From the NCBI GenBank assembly GCA_042094515.1, contig JBELDA010000005.1, forward strand, positions 22,077 to 86,076: DNA of 64,000 nucleotides. Direction: 5' to 3'. Positions 46,367 to 56,787 of this stretch are shown piece after piece. The notes below the pieces were generated by a model, which was given only the letters and a program-made list of their open reading frames with translations, was not told the DNA's origin and made no database searches. The translations under genes were made by a program, and so were the position numbers. Numbering within the stretch: position 1 is the first letter of the stretch; each line of letters begins with the position of its first letter. Origin of the DNA: Crocinitomicaceae bacterium. Its GTDB lineage: Bacteria > Bacteroidota > Bacteroidia > Flavobacteriales_D > Crocinitomicaceae.

Positions 46367-47758
46367 ATGAAGAATGGACCTTGGATATTTTTATTTTTAA
46401 TTTCTGATTATTTATCGTCTGTAGTTTCGTGGTCTTTATTCTTTTTTCTCCGAAAAACTTGGATTGAAAATGAACCGTTTCGTACGGATGATAATTTTTG
46501 GTTAGGCCTTTTTTTAATTCCTATATTTTGGATGTTTCTTTATTTTATTCAAGGCACCTACCTTGAAATGCGTAGAATGTTTAGATTAAAAATGCTCAAC
46601 CTAACAATATCCGGAAGCATTATAGGTTCATTAATTATCTTCTTTGCTATTATATTGGATGATCAGGTGCGTGGATATGAGGGCTATTATTGGAATCTTC
46701 TTATTCTTTTTTGTGTTCATTTTCTTTCAGCATCGGTTCCTCGTTTATTTTTAAACACGCTCCTTATTCATTCCATTCGTCGCCCGAATAATGGATTTAA
46801 AACGGTAATTATTGGAGGGACGGAAAAGGCCATAGATATTTTTGAAGAAATTAAAAAGAATTCAAAAAATGTAAACACATTTATTGGGTATGTGAATATG
46901 AATGGTAATGACAGAAAGTTGGATGATACCATTCCTTATCTCGGGCATTTTGAAGATCTTGATGAGATTAAAAAACGTTTGGACATAGATGAGTACATTA
47001 TTGCTATTGAAAGCTCTGAACACAATAAACTCATGAATATTTTGTTGAAAATTGATGATGGTAAGGCTCGTATTAAATCATTACCTGACACCTATGTGAT
47101 TCTTTCAGGAACAGTAAAGATGACGAATATTTACGGTGCTCTTTTATTGGAGGTTATCACAGATGTGATGCCTTTTTGGCAAAGGGTAATTAAGCGTTCA
47201 ATGGACTTTGTGTTGTCATTGATGGCCGTTTTGATTTTGTTGCCTTTTTATCTTTTTTCTGCTGTAGCTGTAAAATTATCTTCTAAGGGTCCTATATTTT
47301 TTCTACAGGACAGGGTAGGAAAGAATGGAAAAGTATTTAAGATTATTAAATTCAGGACCATGGTGATGAATGCAGAGAAGAATGGACCTCAGCTTTCCTC
47401 AAAAGATGATCCTAGAATTACTAGAGTCGGGAAGTTTATGCGTAAAACACGTTTGGACGAGTTCCCTCAATTTATTAATGTACTTATTGGGGACATGTCA
47501 ATAGTTGGTCCCAGGCCGGAGCGTCAATTTTACATTGATCAGATTGCAAAAATTCAGCCTCAATACAATCAACTCACAAAGGTTAGGCCTGGAATTACTT
47601 CATGGGGGCAGGTTAAGTTTGGTTATGCGGAAAACGTAGATCAGATGCTCCAAAGAATGAAGTTCGATTTATTATATCTTAAAAATAGAAGTCTATCTCT
47701 AGACATAAAGATTATGTTCTATACGCTAATTATTGTGATAAAAGCCGAAGGGAAATAA
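46367..47758 (+). CDS. polyprenyl-phosphate glycosyl-1-phosphate transferase (WbaP/WcaJ-type bacterial sugar transferase)
   Basis: N-terminal TM helices, a central Rossmann-like region, and the C-terminal KRSMDFVLS...KFRTM...DPRITRVGKFMRKTRLDEFPQFINVLIGDMSIVGPRPE catalytic domain. I prefer the ATG at 46367, just after the upstream stop. Confidence 0.85.
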   Translation: MKNGPWIFLFLISDYLSSVVSWSLFFFLRKTWIENEPFRTDDNFWLGLFLIPIFWMFLYFIQGTYLEMRRMFRLKMLNLTISGSIIGSLIIFFAIILDDQVRGYEGYYWNLLILFCVHFLSASVPRLFLNTLLIHSIRRPNNGFKTVIIGGTEKAIDIFEEIKKNSKNVNTFIGYVNMNGNDRKLDDTIPYLGHFEDLDEIKKRLDIDEYIIAIESSEHNKLMNILLKIDDGKARIKSLPDTYVILSGTVKMTNIYGALLLEVITDVMPFWQRVIKRSMDFVLSLMAVLILLPFYLFSAVAVKLSSKGPIFFLQDRVGKNGKVFKIIKFRTMVMNAEKNGPQLSSKDDPRITRVGKFMRKTRLDEFPQFINVLIGDMSIVGPRPERQFYIDQIAKIQPQYNQLTKVRPGITSWGQVKFGYAENVDQMLQRMKFDLLYLKNRSLSLDIKIMFYTLIIVIKAEGK

Positions 47759-47917
47759 TACCACAGACTTATCCTTTCCTGATTTTTTTCTATTGTTATC
47801 TGCTGTTTTCTTGAAGTAGTTGATTTAATCAGTTCATGAACATGTTACGCGCGAAGCTGTTTTCCGAAATTATAAATTTACTTTATCTAAGCGAACCGAT
47901 TTTTATCGGAGCTCCTG

Positions 47918-50329
47918 TTAAATGAGTGCAATATTCAACACCTCAGACATTGTATTTACGTAATGAAATGATAACCCTTTAAGATAACTGTCTTTAATTT
48001 CATCGACGTCTTGCTTGTTTTTAGAGCAGAGTATAATTTCTTTAACACCACAACGTTTCGCAGCGAGGATTTTTTCTTTAATACCTCCTACAGGAAGTAC
48101 ATCACCTCGAAGTGTAATTTCACCTGTCATTGCAAGGTTTTTCTTTACTTTTTGCTTTGTAAAAATTGATGCTAAAGAGGTTAGCATGGTTATTCCTGCA
48201 CTTGGTCCATCTTTAGGAGTGGCTCCTTCTGGAACATGAATGTGAACATTGTGGTTGTCAAATTCAGTTTGTGTTAAGCCAATACTATCAGCATGTGCTT
48301 TAAGATATTCAAGCGCAATAATAGCAGATTCCTTCATTACCTCACCTAAATTTCCTGTTAGTGTAAGCTTTCCTTTTCCTTTAGTAATACTTGACTCAAT
48401 GAATAGTACATCTCCACCAATACTCGTCCAGGCAAGACCAGTGACGACGCCAAGAGTTTTATGATCAATGTTTTTGATTTTAGAACGCCCGGCTCCGAGA
48501 ACATCAAATAAATCTTTTGCACTAATGTTTTTGTCAAAAGATTCCTCCATGGCTATTTGTCTTGTTCGATTTCTAACAAGCTTTGCGATAACCTTGTCTA
48601 AACCACGAACACCAGATTCATTAGTGTATTCTTCTATAATTTTTTTAAGAGTTGGTCTACCAATGTTTATTTGGTTTTTTTCTATGCCATGTTCTTTAAT
48701 TTGTTTTGGAATCAAGTGTCTGATTGCAATTTCAACCTTTTCTTCAAGAGTGTAGCCATTTACTTCTATAATTTCCATTCGGTCCCTTAATGGTCCTTGT
48801 ATGGTTGAAAGCGAGTTCGCAGTTGCTATAAAGAGCACCTTTGATAAGTCAAATTCGGTTTCAATATAGTTGTCATGAAAAGCATTGTTTTGCTCAGGGT
48901 CTAGTACTTCCAATAGAGCAGAGGAGGGGTCTCCGTGATTGCTTCTTCCTAGCTTGTCAATTTCATCTAGAACAAAAACAGGATTTGCCGTTTCAGCTTT
49001 CTTTAGATTTTGAATAATTCTTCCTGGCATGGCCCCGATGTATGTTTTACGGTGTCCTCTTATTTCCGATTCGTCATGAAGCCCACCTAAAGACATTCGA
49101 ACATATTTTCGTCCAAGTGCTTCTGCTATTGATTTTCCTAATGATGTTTTACCCACTCCAGGAGGTCCGTAAAAACACAATATCGGAGATTTCATATTCC
49201 CTTTAATTTTTAACACGGCCAGGTATTCTAATATTCTGTCTTTCACTTTTTCTAGCCCAAAATGATCCTTTTCAAGAACCTTTCTCGATCTATTGAGGTT
49301 AAGGTTGTCTTTTGAATAATCATTCCAAGGTAGATCCAGCATCGTATCGATATAATTCATCTGTACTGTATATTCAGCACCTTGAGGATTCATTCTTTGT
49401 AGCTTTTCAAGCTCTTTAAAGAATAATTTTTTTACATCTTTATTCCATTTTTTACTTTCCGCCCTTTCACGAAACTCTTTTACATCTTGATCTTGAGGGT
49501 TGTCTCCAAGCTCATCCTGAATGGTTCTCATTTGCTGATGAAGGAAGTATTCACGCTGTTGCTGATCCAAGTCTTTTCTGACCTTGTTTTGGATTTCATT
49601 TTTCATCTCAAGCATTTGTGCTTCAGCTGAAAGGTGCTCCAATACCTTCATTACTCTTGTCTTAAGAATCATTTCCTCAAGCATTTCCTGTTTTTTAGAA
49701 ACATCTGCATTCATATTTGACGAGATGAAGTTTACAAGAAATGTTGGGCTATCAATATTTTTGATGGCAAATTGTGCCTCTGAAGGAATATTAGGACTGT
49801 CTTTAATGATTTGAAGTGCAAGATCTTTTATGGTCTTAAACATCACATTTAATTCCTTATTCTTTTTGTCAAAAGGCTGCTCATCTAAAATTTTAACAGA
49901 TGCTGTTAAAAACGGCTCTGTTTGAATAGCATCGATCATTTCAAATCGACGCTTTCCCTGTATAATAACGGTTGAGCTTCCATCAGGCATCTTTAATAAG
50001 CGTACTATTTGTGCTACCGTTCCAGTTTTGTGAAGATCTTTAAATTCAGGAGTTTCTTCCTCTTGATCTTTTTGAGAGACAACACCAATAATTTTATTTC
50101 CTTTATTAGCTACCTGAATTAGCTTGATAGACTTATCTCTTCCTACGGTAATGGGAATTACAACGCCAGGAAAGAGAACATTATTTCTAAGTGGAAGAAT
50201 AGGGAGGTTTTCGGGAAAGGTCTGTTTGTTTACATTCTCTTCCTCTTCGGCAGTGGTTAATGGAATAAATTCTGCATCAGATTCAAATCCGGAGAAATCT
50301 AATAAGGAGGGTTCAAAAAAGTCGTTCAT
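47918..50329 (-). CDS. lon: ATP-dependent endopeptidase La (Lon protease)
   Basis: 803 aa. Lon N-domain, Walker [10 protein letters not shown], Walker [10 protein letters not shown], and protease Ser in [11 protein letters not shown] with a downstream Lys. Confidence 0.95.
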   Translation of the reverse strand: MNDFFEPSLLDFSGFESDAEFIPLTTAEEEENVNKQTFPENLPILPLRNNVLFPGVVIPITVGRDKSIKLIQVANKGNKIIGVVSQKDQEEETPEFKDLHKTGTVAQIVRLLKMPDGSSTVIIQGKRRFEMIDAIQTEPFLTASVKILDEQPFDKKNKELNVMFKTIKDLALQIIKDSPNIPSEAQFAIKNIDSPTFLVNFISSNMNADVSKKQEMLEEMILKTRVMKVLEHLSAEAQMLEMKNEIQNKVRKDLDQQQREYFLHQQMRTIQDELGDNPQDQDVKEFRERAESKKWNKDVKKLFFKELEKLQRMNPQGAEYTVQMNYIDTMLDLPWNDYSKDNLNLNRSRKVLEKDHFGLEKVKDRILEYLAVLKIKGNMKSPILCFYGPPGVGKTSLGKSIAEALGRKYVRMSLGGLHDESEIRGHRKTYIGAMPGRIIQNLKKAETANPVFVLDEIDKLGRSNHGDPSSALLEVLDPEQNNAFHDNYIETEFDLSKVLFIATANSLSTIQGPLRDRMEIIEVNGYTLEEKVEIAIRHLIPKQIKEHGIEKNQINIGRPTLKKIIEEYTNESGVRGLDKVIAKLVRNRTRQIAMEESFDKNISAKDLFDVLGAGRSKIKNIDHKTLGVVTGLAWTSIGGDVLFIESSITKGKGKLTLTGNLGEVMKESAIIALEYLKAHADSIGLTQTEFDNHNVHIHVPEGATPKDGPSAGITMLTSLASIFTKQKVKKNLAMTGEITLRGDVLPVGGIKEKILAAKRCGVKEIILCSKNKQDVDEIKDSYLKGLSFHYVNTMSEVLNIALI

Positions 50330-50454
50330 ATATATCTATTATGACAATCTGTCATTTTTATCGTAATTATTGAGTAAATAACGTTGAATATGTTACTCGT
50401 TGCATATACGTCAATACCTGTGCCAAGAATAAAATCAAGAAAAAATGTCCTAAA

Positions 50455-51591
50455 TTATGTCTTGTTTTTCGCAAGGTGTGAAAAAACATCTTCATCAATG
50501 TTACTTAATTTTAGGTCCCTTCTCACCATCATGTTGTTTGCTGCGGTAATTGCTTTATTTAAATTGAAATCTTCAATTTCCAAAGAATTCACCCAGGAAA
50601 AGCTAGGAATATATTTTGCCGGAAACCCACCTCCAAATACATTGCAAGAAACGCCAACTGTAGTAGCTGTATTAAACATGGTATTGATTCCTGATTTAGA
50701 GAAGTCTCCCATGCATAGACCCATAAATTGGACGTCAGTTTGCACTTCAGCTTGATTTGTGTAGGAATAGGTTTTTACATTTGAGTAATTGTTTTTAAGA
50801 TTGGAGGTATTGGTATCTGCTCCTAAATTGCACCAATCGCCAATAATAGAGTTTCCAAGAAACCCATCATGTCCCTTATTTGAATAGGAATGGAAGATTA
50901 CATTATTAATCTCTCCACCAACTTTACAATGAGGTCCCACTGTGCAAGCACCATATACTTTGGTGCCTAATTTGAGAATGGCCTTTTCACAAAGTGCCAA
51001 TCCGCCCCTTACGAGGCTTCCTTCCATAATTTCCGCTTCTCTACCAACGTAAATAGGTCCTTCACTTGTATTTAGTATTACTCCTTCAATTGATGCTCCT
51101 TCCTCAATAAATAAATTCGAAGGATCTCCAATAAGTGTATTTGTATTAGAAAGCTTTTGGCTTGTTTTATTGGTAGTATATGCTTTGAAGTCTTGGTTCA
51201 AAACAATATCGTTGAGCTGATAGATGTTCCATCTCTCTTGAATAATTACCGGTTCTTCTCCGACGAAGGTTACTTCTTCCTTTCCTGCTCCATGTCTCGC
51301 TACAACTTGGCCATGAAGTAGGAGAGACTGATTTTCTTCTAGATTGCATATTGCAGCAATAAAATCCTCATTAGGGATCACGTTCGAATTTACAGCAAGA
51401 CCCGTATCAATCGCCTTGAATTTTTTTGATAAATAATCTTCCGTAAGAAAACCTATTTCAGCATCTGGAAGGTACATTTCATATCTTTCCTTATTGGTGA
51501 ATAGACCCATTCTTATCTGCCCAATAGGTCTTGTAAGACTTATTGGAGCAAAAGTCAAATGTAATCCGTTGTCGCTTAAATTAAATTTCAT
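50455..51591 (-). CDS. GlmU-family / putative sugar nucleotidyltransferase-like protein with left-handed beta-helix
   Basis: 378 aa. The C-terminal half has hexapeptide repeats (e.g. IGDWCNLGADTNTSN, VGPHCKVGGEINNV). The N-terminal domain lacks the canonical GxGTR loop. Confidence 0.6.
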   Translation of the reverse strand: MKFNLSDNGLHLTFAPISLTRPIGQIRMGLFTNKERYEMYLPDAEIGFLTEDYLSKKFKAIDTGLAVNSNVIPNEDFIAAICNLEENQSLLLHGQVVARHGAGKEEVTFVGEEPVIIQERWNIYQLNDIVLNQDFKAYTTNKTSQKLSNTNTLIGDPSNLFIEEGASIEGVILNTSEGPIYVGREAEIMEGSLVRGGLALCEKAILKLGTKVYGACTVGPHCKVGGEINNVIFHSYSNKGHDGFLGNSIIGDWCNLGADTNTSNLKNNYSNVKTYSYTNQAEVQTDVQFMGLCMGDFSKSGINTMFNTATTVGVSCNVFGGGFPAKYIPSFSWVNSLEIEDFNLNKAITAANNMMVRRDLKLSNIDEDVFSHLAKNKT

Positions 51592-53084
51592 GTTTTTACT
51601 TGTGTCTTTTTATTTGAAGCTAGACTTAATAATATAAAGGTAAGAAAGGCATTTAAAATAATGATTTCAAAACCAAAGCTATATTCTCCTAGGATTCCTG
51701 ATTCTCCTTCTGGGACTCCTGGAGCACCCTTGGAGAAATACCAAATAAAAAACGTAGCTATAACTGATAAAATACTAAATAGCGGTACAGCACGGTCATC
51801 TATATTTCTTTTAACAAGAATGCCAAAGAAAAATATACCGATTAGTGGACCATAGGTGAATGCCGCGAATTTCATAAGTAGGCTGATTGCAGATTCATTT
51901 GTGAAGTGATGGAGCATGATTACGGAAATAATTATCACTAAAGAAACCAATACATGAATCGTTTTTCTTGTTTTTAGTGCTTTATCTTTCGTTTTGTGTC
52001 TTTCTGGAAGCAAGTCAACATATATTGAAGTGGTTAGAGATGTGAGAGCGGAATCCGCACTTGAGTATGCAGCTGCAATAAGACCAAGTATGAAAATAAC
52101 TCCCACTACAGGTGCCATTCCATTGTCCATTGCTACAGCAGAAAAAAGTAAATCTGCTTTTTCTGGGTTTATTTGATGCTGTCCAGCATATAAATAGAGT
52201 AGAGCCCCAAGAAAAAGGAATAGAAGATTTACAAACACCAAGACAGTTGCCATAGAAACCATGTTTTTTTGCCCTTCACGAAGGTTTTTGCAGCTCAAGT
52301 TTTTCTGCATCATGTCTTGGTCTAAACCAGTCATTCCAATGGCTATAAATATTCCACCCAAAAAGTGTTTAATAAAGTGGTTGCTGCTATTAATGTCATC
52401 AAAAAAGAATATCTTAGAATAAGAGCTATCAGCTACTGTTTCAATCATACCTTTGCCACTTTCAAGAGCTAGAGCATCTTTGATAAAATAAACAGTTAAC
52501 GCAACTGAAAGCAACATAAAAGCAGTTTGAAGTGTATCTGTCCATACAATGGTTTTTATGCCTCCTCGATTCGTATACACCCAAATCAGTGCAATACAGA
52601 CGACTACAGTAAACTCGAAAGGAACACCCCAATTGTCAAAGAGAATGAACTGAAGAACCTCTGCGACAAGCATGAGTCGTACTGAAGCACCAATTACTCT
52701 AGATAATAAAAAGAAAATGGCTCCTGTTTTGTGACTATAGAAACCAAATCGTTGAAGAAGGTATTCATAAATTGAAATTACCTTCATTCTGTAATAGATG
52801 GGCATTAGAACATAGGCTATAATGAGATATCCAATGAAATAACCTAATACAGCTTGCATGTAGCTGAATTGATTCGCATCATTTCCCACCCATCCAGGAA
52901 CGGAAATAAAGGTCACTCCGCTTAAAGATGCACCAATCATTCCAAATGCCACTAAATACCAAGGGGATTGTCTGTCTCCAACAAAAAAAGTTTCGTTTCC
53001 GGCATTTTTACTTGTAATATTCGATATTACATAAAGAATCCCAAAGTATATAACCAGAACCGTGATGATGATTGTTGAATTCAT
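51588..53084 (-). CDS. sodium:solute symporter (SSS family)
   Basis: 498 aa with about 13 hydrophobic helices. N-terminal FFVGDRQSPWYLVAFGMIGASLSG is typical of SSS transporters. Its stop overlaps the downstream gene start (ATGA). Confidence 0.8.
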   Translation of the reverse strand: MNSTIIITVLVIYFGILYVISNITSKNAGNETFFVGDRQSPWYLVAFGMIGASLSGVTFISVPGWVGNDANQFSYMQAVLGYFIGYLIIAYVLMPIYYRMKVISIYEYLLQRFGFYSHKTGAIFFLLSRVIGASVRLMLVAEVLQFILFDNWGVPFEFTVVVCIALIWVYTNRGGIKTIVWTDTLQTAFMLLSVALTVYFIKDALALESGKGMIETVADSSYSKIFFFDDINSSNHFIKHFLGGIFIAIGMTGLDQDMMQKNLSCKNLREGQKNMVSMATVLVFVNLLFLFLGALLYLYAGQHQINPEKADLLFSAVAMDNGMAPVVGVIFILGLIAAAYSSADSALTSLTTSIYVDLLPERHKTKDKALKTRKTIHVLVSLVIIISVIMLHHFTNESAISLLMKFAAFTYGPLIGIFFFGILVKRNIDDRAVPLFSILSVIATFFIWYFSKGAPGVPEGESGILGEYSFGFEIIILNAFLTFILLSLASNKKTQVKT

Positions 53085-53184
53085 ATAAGGAAATTGCTTG
53101 TGTAAATTTAAGGATTCAAATGTATCCTTATCCTTGTTTTATCGTTAATCTTTATGAACTAAGTATATATTTGTAAAAAACAGC

Positions 53185-53709
53185 ATGATGAAAGCCATAA
53201 TATTCCTGTCTTTGATATTGATCACTTGTGGGTCTATCGTTTTAATTGTATTTCGTTTTCTTAAGAAGCAAACCTCAAGGGAGGTTTTGAATCTTCGTTC
53301 AGAACTGAGAAAGCAAAGACAAGAGTTCTTTTTGCCAAGTAGATTAGATGCTTATCAACGATCTGTGCTATTAATGGAAAGAATACACCCCAATAGTTTA
53401 ATTATGAGAACCCATAATCCAGGGTTGAATGCAAAGCTTTATCAGGCCGAGCTTGCTAAGTCTGTACGAAATGAATTTGAGCATAATGTTGCACAACAAA
53501 TCTTTATTACCCCTATAACTTGGGGGATTATGAAGTCTTCCAAAGAAGAGGTTATTAAGCTGATTCATATGGCAGGAAGTCAAATGGATGAAAATTCAAC
53601 CAGCATTGATCTTTGTGAAAAGATAATGGAAATCGTAGCACAGCTAGATCAGTTTCCTACTGAAATTGCTGTTGATGCACTCAAAAAAGAGTTTCAGGAA
53701 TTAATTTAA
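53185..53709 (+). CDS. hypothetical membrane-anchored protein
   Basis: 174 aa. One N-terminal TM helix followed by a helical soluble domain. No recognised motif. Confidence 0.45.
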   Translation: MMKAIIFLSLILITCGSIVLIVFRFLKKQTSREVLNLRSELRKQRQEFFLPSRLDAYQRSVLLMERIHPNSLIMRTHNPGLNAKLYQAELAKSVRNEFEHNVAQQIFITPITWGIMKSSKEEVIKLIHMAGSQMDENSTSIDLCEKIMEIVAQLDQFPTEIAVDALKKEFQELI

Positions 53710-54882
53710 AAGCTCGATTACGCCTGCAGCGCCTTGACCAGTACCGACACACATCGTAACCATACCGTATTTACCATTTCTTCTACGCATTTCATTGATG
53801 AGCTGAACAGAAAGTTTTCCTCCAGTACATCCCAGCGGATGCCCAAGGGCAATAGCGCCACCATTTACATTCACAATATCAGGATTTAATCCGGTTTCTC
53901 TTAATACGGCTACTGATTGAGAAGCAAATGCTTCATTAAGCTCGACCAAAGAAAGATCATTCATTTTTAATCCAGCCATATCCAATGCTTTTGGAATTGC
54001 ATTTACAGGACCAATGCCCATTATTCTAGGCTCGACTCCTACTGTTGCATAAGAAACCAATCGAGCTATGGGTTCAATATTTAGCTCTTTCATCATCTTT
54101 TCAGACATAACCATTACAAAAGCAGCACCATCTGAAGTTTGAGATGAGTTTCCTGCAGTCACTGATCCTCCTTGTGCAAATACAGGTTTTAAAGAATTAA
54201 GCTTTTCAATTTTACTCGGTCTAGGGCCTTCATCTGTATCTACAGTGTATTTATTTACTTGTCTCTGTTCGTTTTCATCTAAAAAGATATGTTCTACCTC
54301 AATTGGTACAATCTCATCTTTAAATCGACCCTCTTTAATAGCTTTGAGTGCTTTTTCGTGAGAATTAAGAGCAAATTTATCCTGATCCTCTCGACTCACA
54401 TTAAAATCCTTGGCAACAGCTTCTGCTGTGAGCCCCATTCCCCAATACCAGTTGGGATTTTCTTTACCTACCTTAGCGTTTGGTACAATTCTCCAGCCAC
54501 CCATAGCCATTACGGACATAGATTCGGCTCCACCAGCAATAATACAGTCTGCCATTCCTGCCTCAATTTTAGCTTTTGCAATAGCAATGGTTTCAAGACC
54601 AGAAGCACAGTAACGATTCACGGTCATTCCGGGCACTTTGTCAGTATCTAGACCCATGAGAGATAACATTCTTCCCATGTTTAGTCCTTGTTCTGCCTCT
54701 GGAGTAGCGTTCCCAACAATGACATCATCAATTCTGTCTTTATCTAGATTAGGCAGGCTTTTAACAAGATGCTTGATAACAGATGCTCCAATATCATCAG
54801 GTCTGTAAAAACGGAAACCGCCTCGTCCGGCTTTACCAACTGCAGATCTAAAACCTGCTACTATATATGCTGTATTGCTCAT
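53701..54882 (-). CDS. acetyl-CoA C-acyltransferase (thiolase)
   Basis: 393 aa. Active-site Cys in VNRYCASGLE, NEAFASQ, and GGAIALGHPLGCTG. Confidence 0.9.
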   Translation of the reverse strand: MSNTAYIVAGFRSAVGKAGRGGFRFYRPDDIGASVIKHLVKSLPNLDKDRIDDVIVGNATPEAEQGLNMGRMLSLMGLDTDKVPGMTVNRYCASGLETIAIAKAKIEAGMADCIIAGGAESMSVMAMGGWRIVPNAKVGKENPNWYWGMGLTAEAVAKDFNVSREDQDKFALNSHEKALKAIKEGRFKDEIVPIEVEHIFLDENEQRQVNKYTVDTDEGPRPSKIEKLNSLKPVFAQGGSVTAGNSSQTSDGAAFVMVMSEKMMKELNIEPIARLVSYATVGVEPRIMGIGPVNAIPKALDMAGLKMNDLSLVELNEAFASQSVAVLRETGLNPDIVNVNGGAIALGHPLGCTGGKLSVQLINEMRRRNGKYGMVTMCVGTGQGAAGVIELLN

Positions 54883-54967
54883 GATTCGTGTATTCTAAAA
54901 TTCTGTTTTTTTATTAGAGTCTAAAATTAGTAAAAAAATATTATGCATGCATAATTATTTTCATAAT

Positions 54968-55642
54968 TTATTGTCTTCGACTCTTCATCTTGGCTCTAAT
55001 AAATTCAATTAGCATAGGGAGTAAGGATAATCCAATAATACCGAAGATTACCACTTCAAAATTCTCTTGAACGATAGGAAGAGCACCAAAAAAATAACCT
55101 AATAAGGTTAAAGCAAATACCCAGGTAATGGCTCCTATAATACTGAATTTAAGAAAGTTATAATACTTCATTCTTCCAACTCCGGCAACAAATGGCGCGA
55201 AGGTTCTGACGATGGGTACATACCTGGCTATAATAATTGTTTTAGGGCCATGCTTGTCGTAAAATGACTGTGTTTTATCAATATAAGCCTGCTTTACAAT
55301 TTGACGACCTTTGATTTTCCACTTCATTACTTTTAAGCCGATGTTTTTACCTATGTAATAATTTAAATTGTCTCCAATGAGTGCGGCGCAAATTAAAAGT
55401 GGGATGACGATTAAAATATTGAGCTCAGCAGTTTGACCATTTTGTACAACTCCGGCACAAAAAGTACCAGCAGCAAATAAAAGAGAATCTCCCGGTAAAA
55501 GAGGCATTACGACCAATCCCGTCTCCACAAAAACGATTAAAAAAAGAATGAGATAGATCCAGTTGCCATAGTCCAGAATCATCGTGTACAGATAGGAATC
55601 AAGGTGTAAAATGAAGTCAATAAGCTGATTTATAATATCCAT
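54968..55642 (-). CDS. DedA-family (VTT domain) membrane protein
   Basis: 224 aa. LPGDSLLFAAG and IIARYVPIVRTFAPFVAGVGRM. Confidence 0.8.
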   Translation of the reverse strand: MDIINQLIDFILHLDSYLYTMILDYGNWIYLILFLIVFVETGLVVMPLLPGDSLLFAAGTFCAGVVQNGQTAELNILIVIPLLICAALIGDNLNYYIGKNIGLKVMKWKIKGRQIVKQAYIDKTQSFYDKHGPKTIIIARYVPIVRTFAPFVAGVGRMKYYNFLKFSIIGAITWVFALTLLGYFFGALPIVQENFEVVIFGIIGLSLLPMLIEFIRAKMKSRRQ

Positions 55643-55960
55643 TTATTCCAAATTTAGGGAGGCGTCTACTTTTTCTTTCCAACCAGTGATGCCGCCTTCC
55701 ATAATCCAGACGTCCTGAAGCTGTGTTTCACATTCCAGCAGATTAGCAACTGCTGCTGCACGTTTACCTGTTCGACACATAATTACTAAATGACCAGCAG
55801 AGCTTAGCTCATTGTTACGTTCTATGATTTCGGACATAGGTATATGAATGGAGCCAATATTGCATTGTTCGTATTCATAATTTTCACGCACGTCAATGAT
55901 TTCAATGCTTTCGCCTTGTGACATTCGCTCTTTACATTCTTTAGGACAAATGATTTTCAT
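55643..55960 (-). CDS. rhodanese-like sulfurtransferase domain protein
   Basis: 105 aa. IIDVRENYEY and the active-site loop MCRTGKRA (CRxGxR). Confidence 0.8.
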   Translation of the reverse strand: MKIICPKECKERMSQGESIEIIDVRENYEYEQCNIGSIHIPMSEIIERNNELSSAGHLVIMCRTGKRAAAVANLLECETQLQDVWIMEGGITGWKEKVDASLNLE

Positions 55961-56045
55961 TTACATTTTTTTGTAAAGATAAAACTATGAAAGAAATCTC
56001 TACATTCAATATGTAAAAACAATAGGAGAAAATTATTTCAGGTGT

Positions 56046-56711
56046 TTATTCTATTGTGAAAACCTTTTTTGTGCTTCCGTCACTGTATACATAAATAAGT
56101 GCAGTGTTTGGTTTGTAAGAGGTTTCTCTTCCTAGCTGATCTACAATTTTGACTAATTTTTTTTCAGAACTTACATTTTCTTCAATTCCAAGCTGTGGAA
56201 CCCAAACATCATTTAAGATTTGATTTACCTCTTCAATGTTATGTCCGTTGTAGGCGAGGTAATCTTCAGTATGCTCAGTGTTTTCTGGCAAGAAAAGTAA
56301 TAACCAAGGAAAACCAACTGAACCATTATCAGAATACGCATCTACATATTCAAATAATACATCTTCGATATCTATAAATTCCGGATAGGAGAGGCCGTGT
56401 GCCGTGGTCCAAACGAATTCATCGTGACAATCTGAAGTGTTAAAAGAATTGTCCTGATATAAAAACCCAAATACCATTAAGTTGTCATTCCCAGAATCAA
56501 AGTTTTGCCAAATATCTTCAGTCGCAGGAGCTATAGTGTTGCACGGTGTACACCACATTGCAGAAAAATCTATGAGTACGGCATTTCCTTTATTAAGCTC
56601 GTTTTGCATATTGTATTCAGTTCCGTCACAGGTAGTTTCAGTCCAGTCTGGAACTTGAGCAATACTTATTAAAGAAATAGATAATAAAACTAAAGTGATT
56701 GTTATTTTCAT
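56046..56711 (-). CDS. secreted thioredoxin-fold protein with intact CxxC and conserved C-terminal tail
   Basis: The ATG at 56711 gives the signal peptide MKITITLVLLSISLISIAQ. The WCTPC motif was verified at 56541-56552 (TGT ACA CCG TGC). The tail is KIVDQLGRETSYKPNTALIYVYSDGSTKKVFTIE. Confidence 0.65.
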   Translation of the reverse strand: MKITITLVLLSISLISIAQVPDWTETTCDGTEYNMQNELNKGNAVLIDFSAMWCTPCNTIAPATEDIWQNFDSGNDNLMVFGFLYQDNSFNTSDCHDEFVWTTAHGLSYPEFIDIEDVLFEYVDAYSDNGSVGFPWLLLFLPENTEHTEDYLAYNGHNIEEVNQILNDVWVPQLGIEENVSSEKKLVKIVDQLGRETSYKPNTALIYVYSDGSTKKVFTIE

Positions 56712-56787
56712 GGTCTTACTTTTTAATAGACTCCCTTGTATTTGACTTCTCAATGGAATCAGGTGTATCGTTTTTGTTGAATTATTA

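Noticed and set aside
47836-47925. 29-codon ORF in the convergent gap between the sugar transferase and lon
   Set aside because: It is too short, has no RBS or promoter evidence, and overlaps the lon stop. It cannot be supported from sequence alone.
50342-50356. Inverted repeat ATGACA-atc-TGTCAT just upstream of the lon start as a heat-shock operator
   Set aside because: It has only 6-bp arms in AT-rich DNA and resembles no known CIRCE/HrcA- or HspR-type operator, so it may occur by chance.
48015-50366. Run of five + strand ORFs (70-95 aa each) antisense to lon
   Set aside because: They lie entirely inside a very well supported lon CDS. Their translations are low-complexity (S/F/I/L-rich) with no motifs. 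This is the expected shadow of a K/E/I/L-rich AT-biased sense frame, so there is no evidence for overprinted genes.
50384-50755. 123-aa + strand ORF spanning the lon upstream region and the 3' part of the GlmU-like gene
   Set aside because: It is antisense to a CDS with clear hexapeptide repeats. It has no signal or motif content and is most likely a spurious shadow ORF.
54289-54651. Two overlapping + strand ORFs (120 and 67 aa) inside the thiolase gene
   Set aside because: They are antisense shadows of a highly conserved thiolase CDS.
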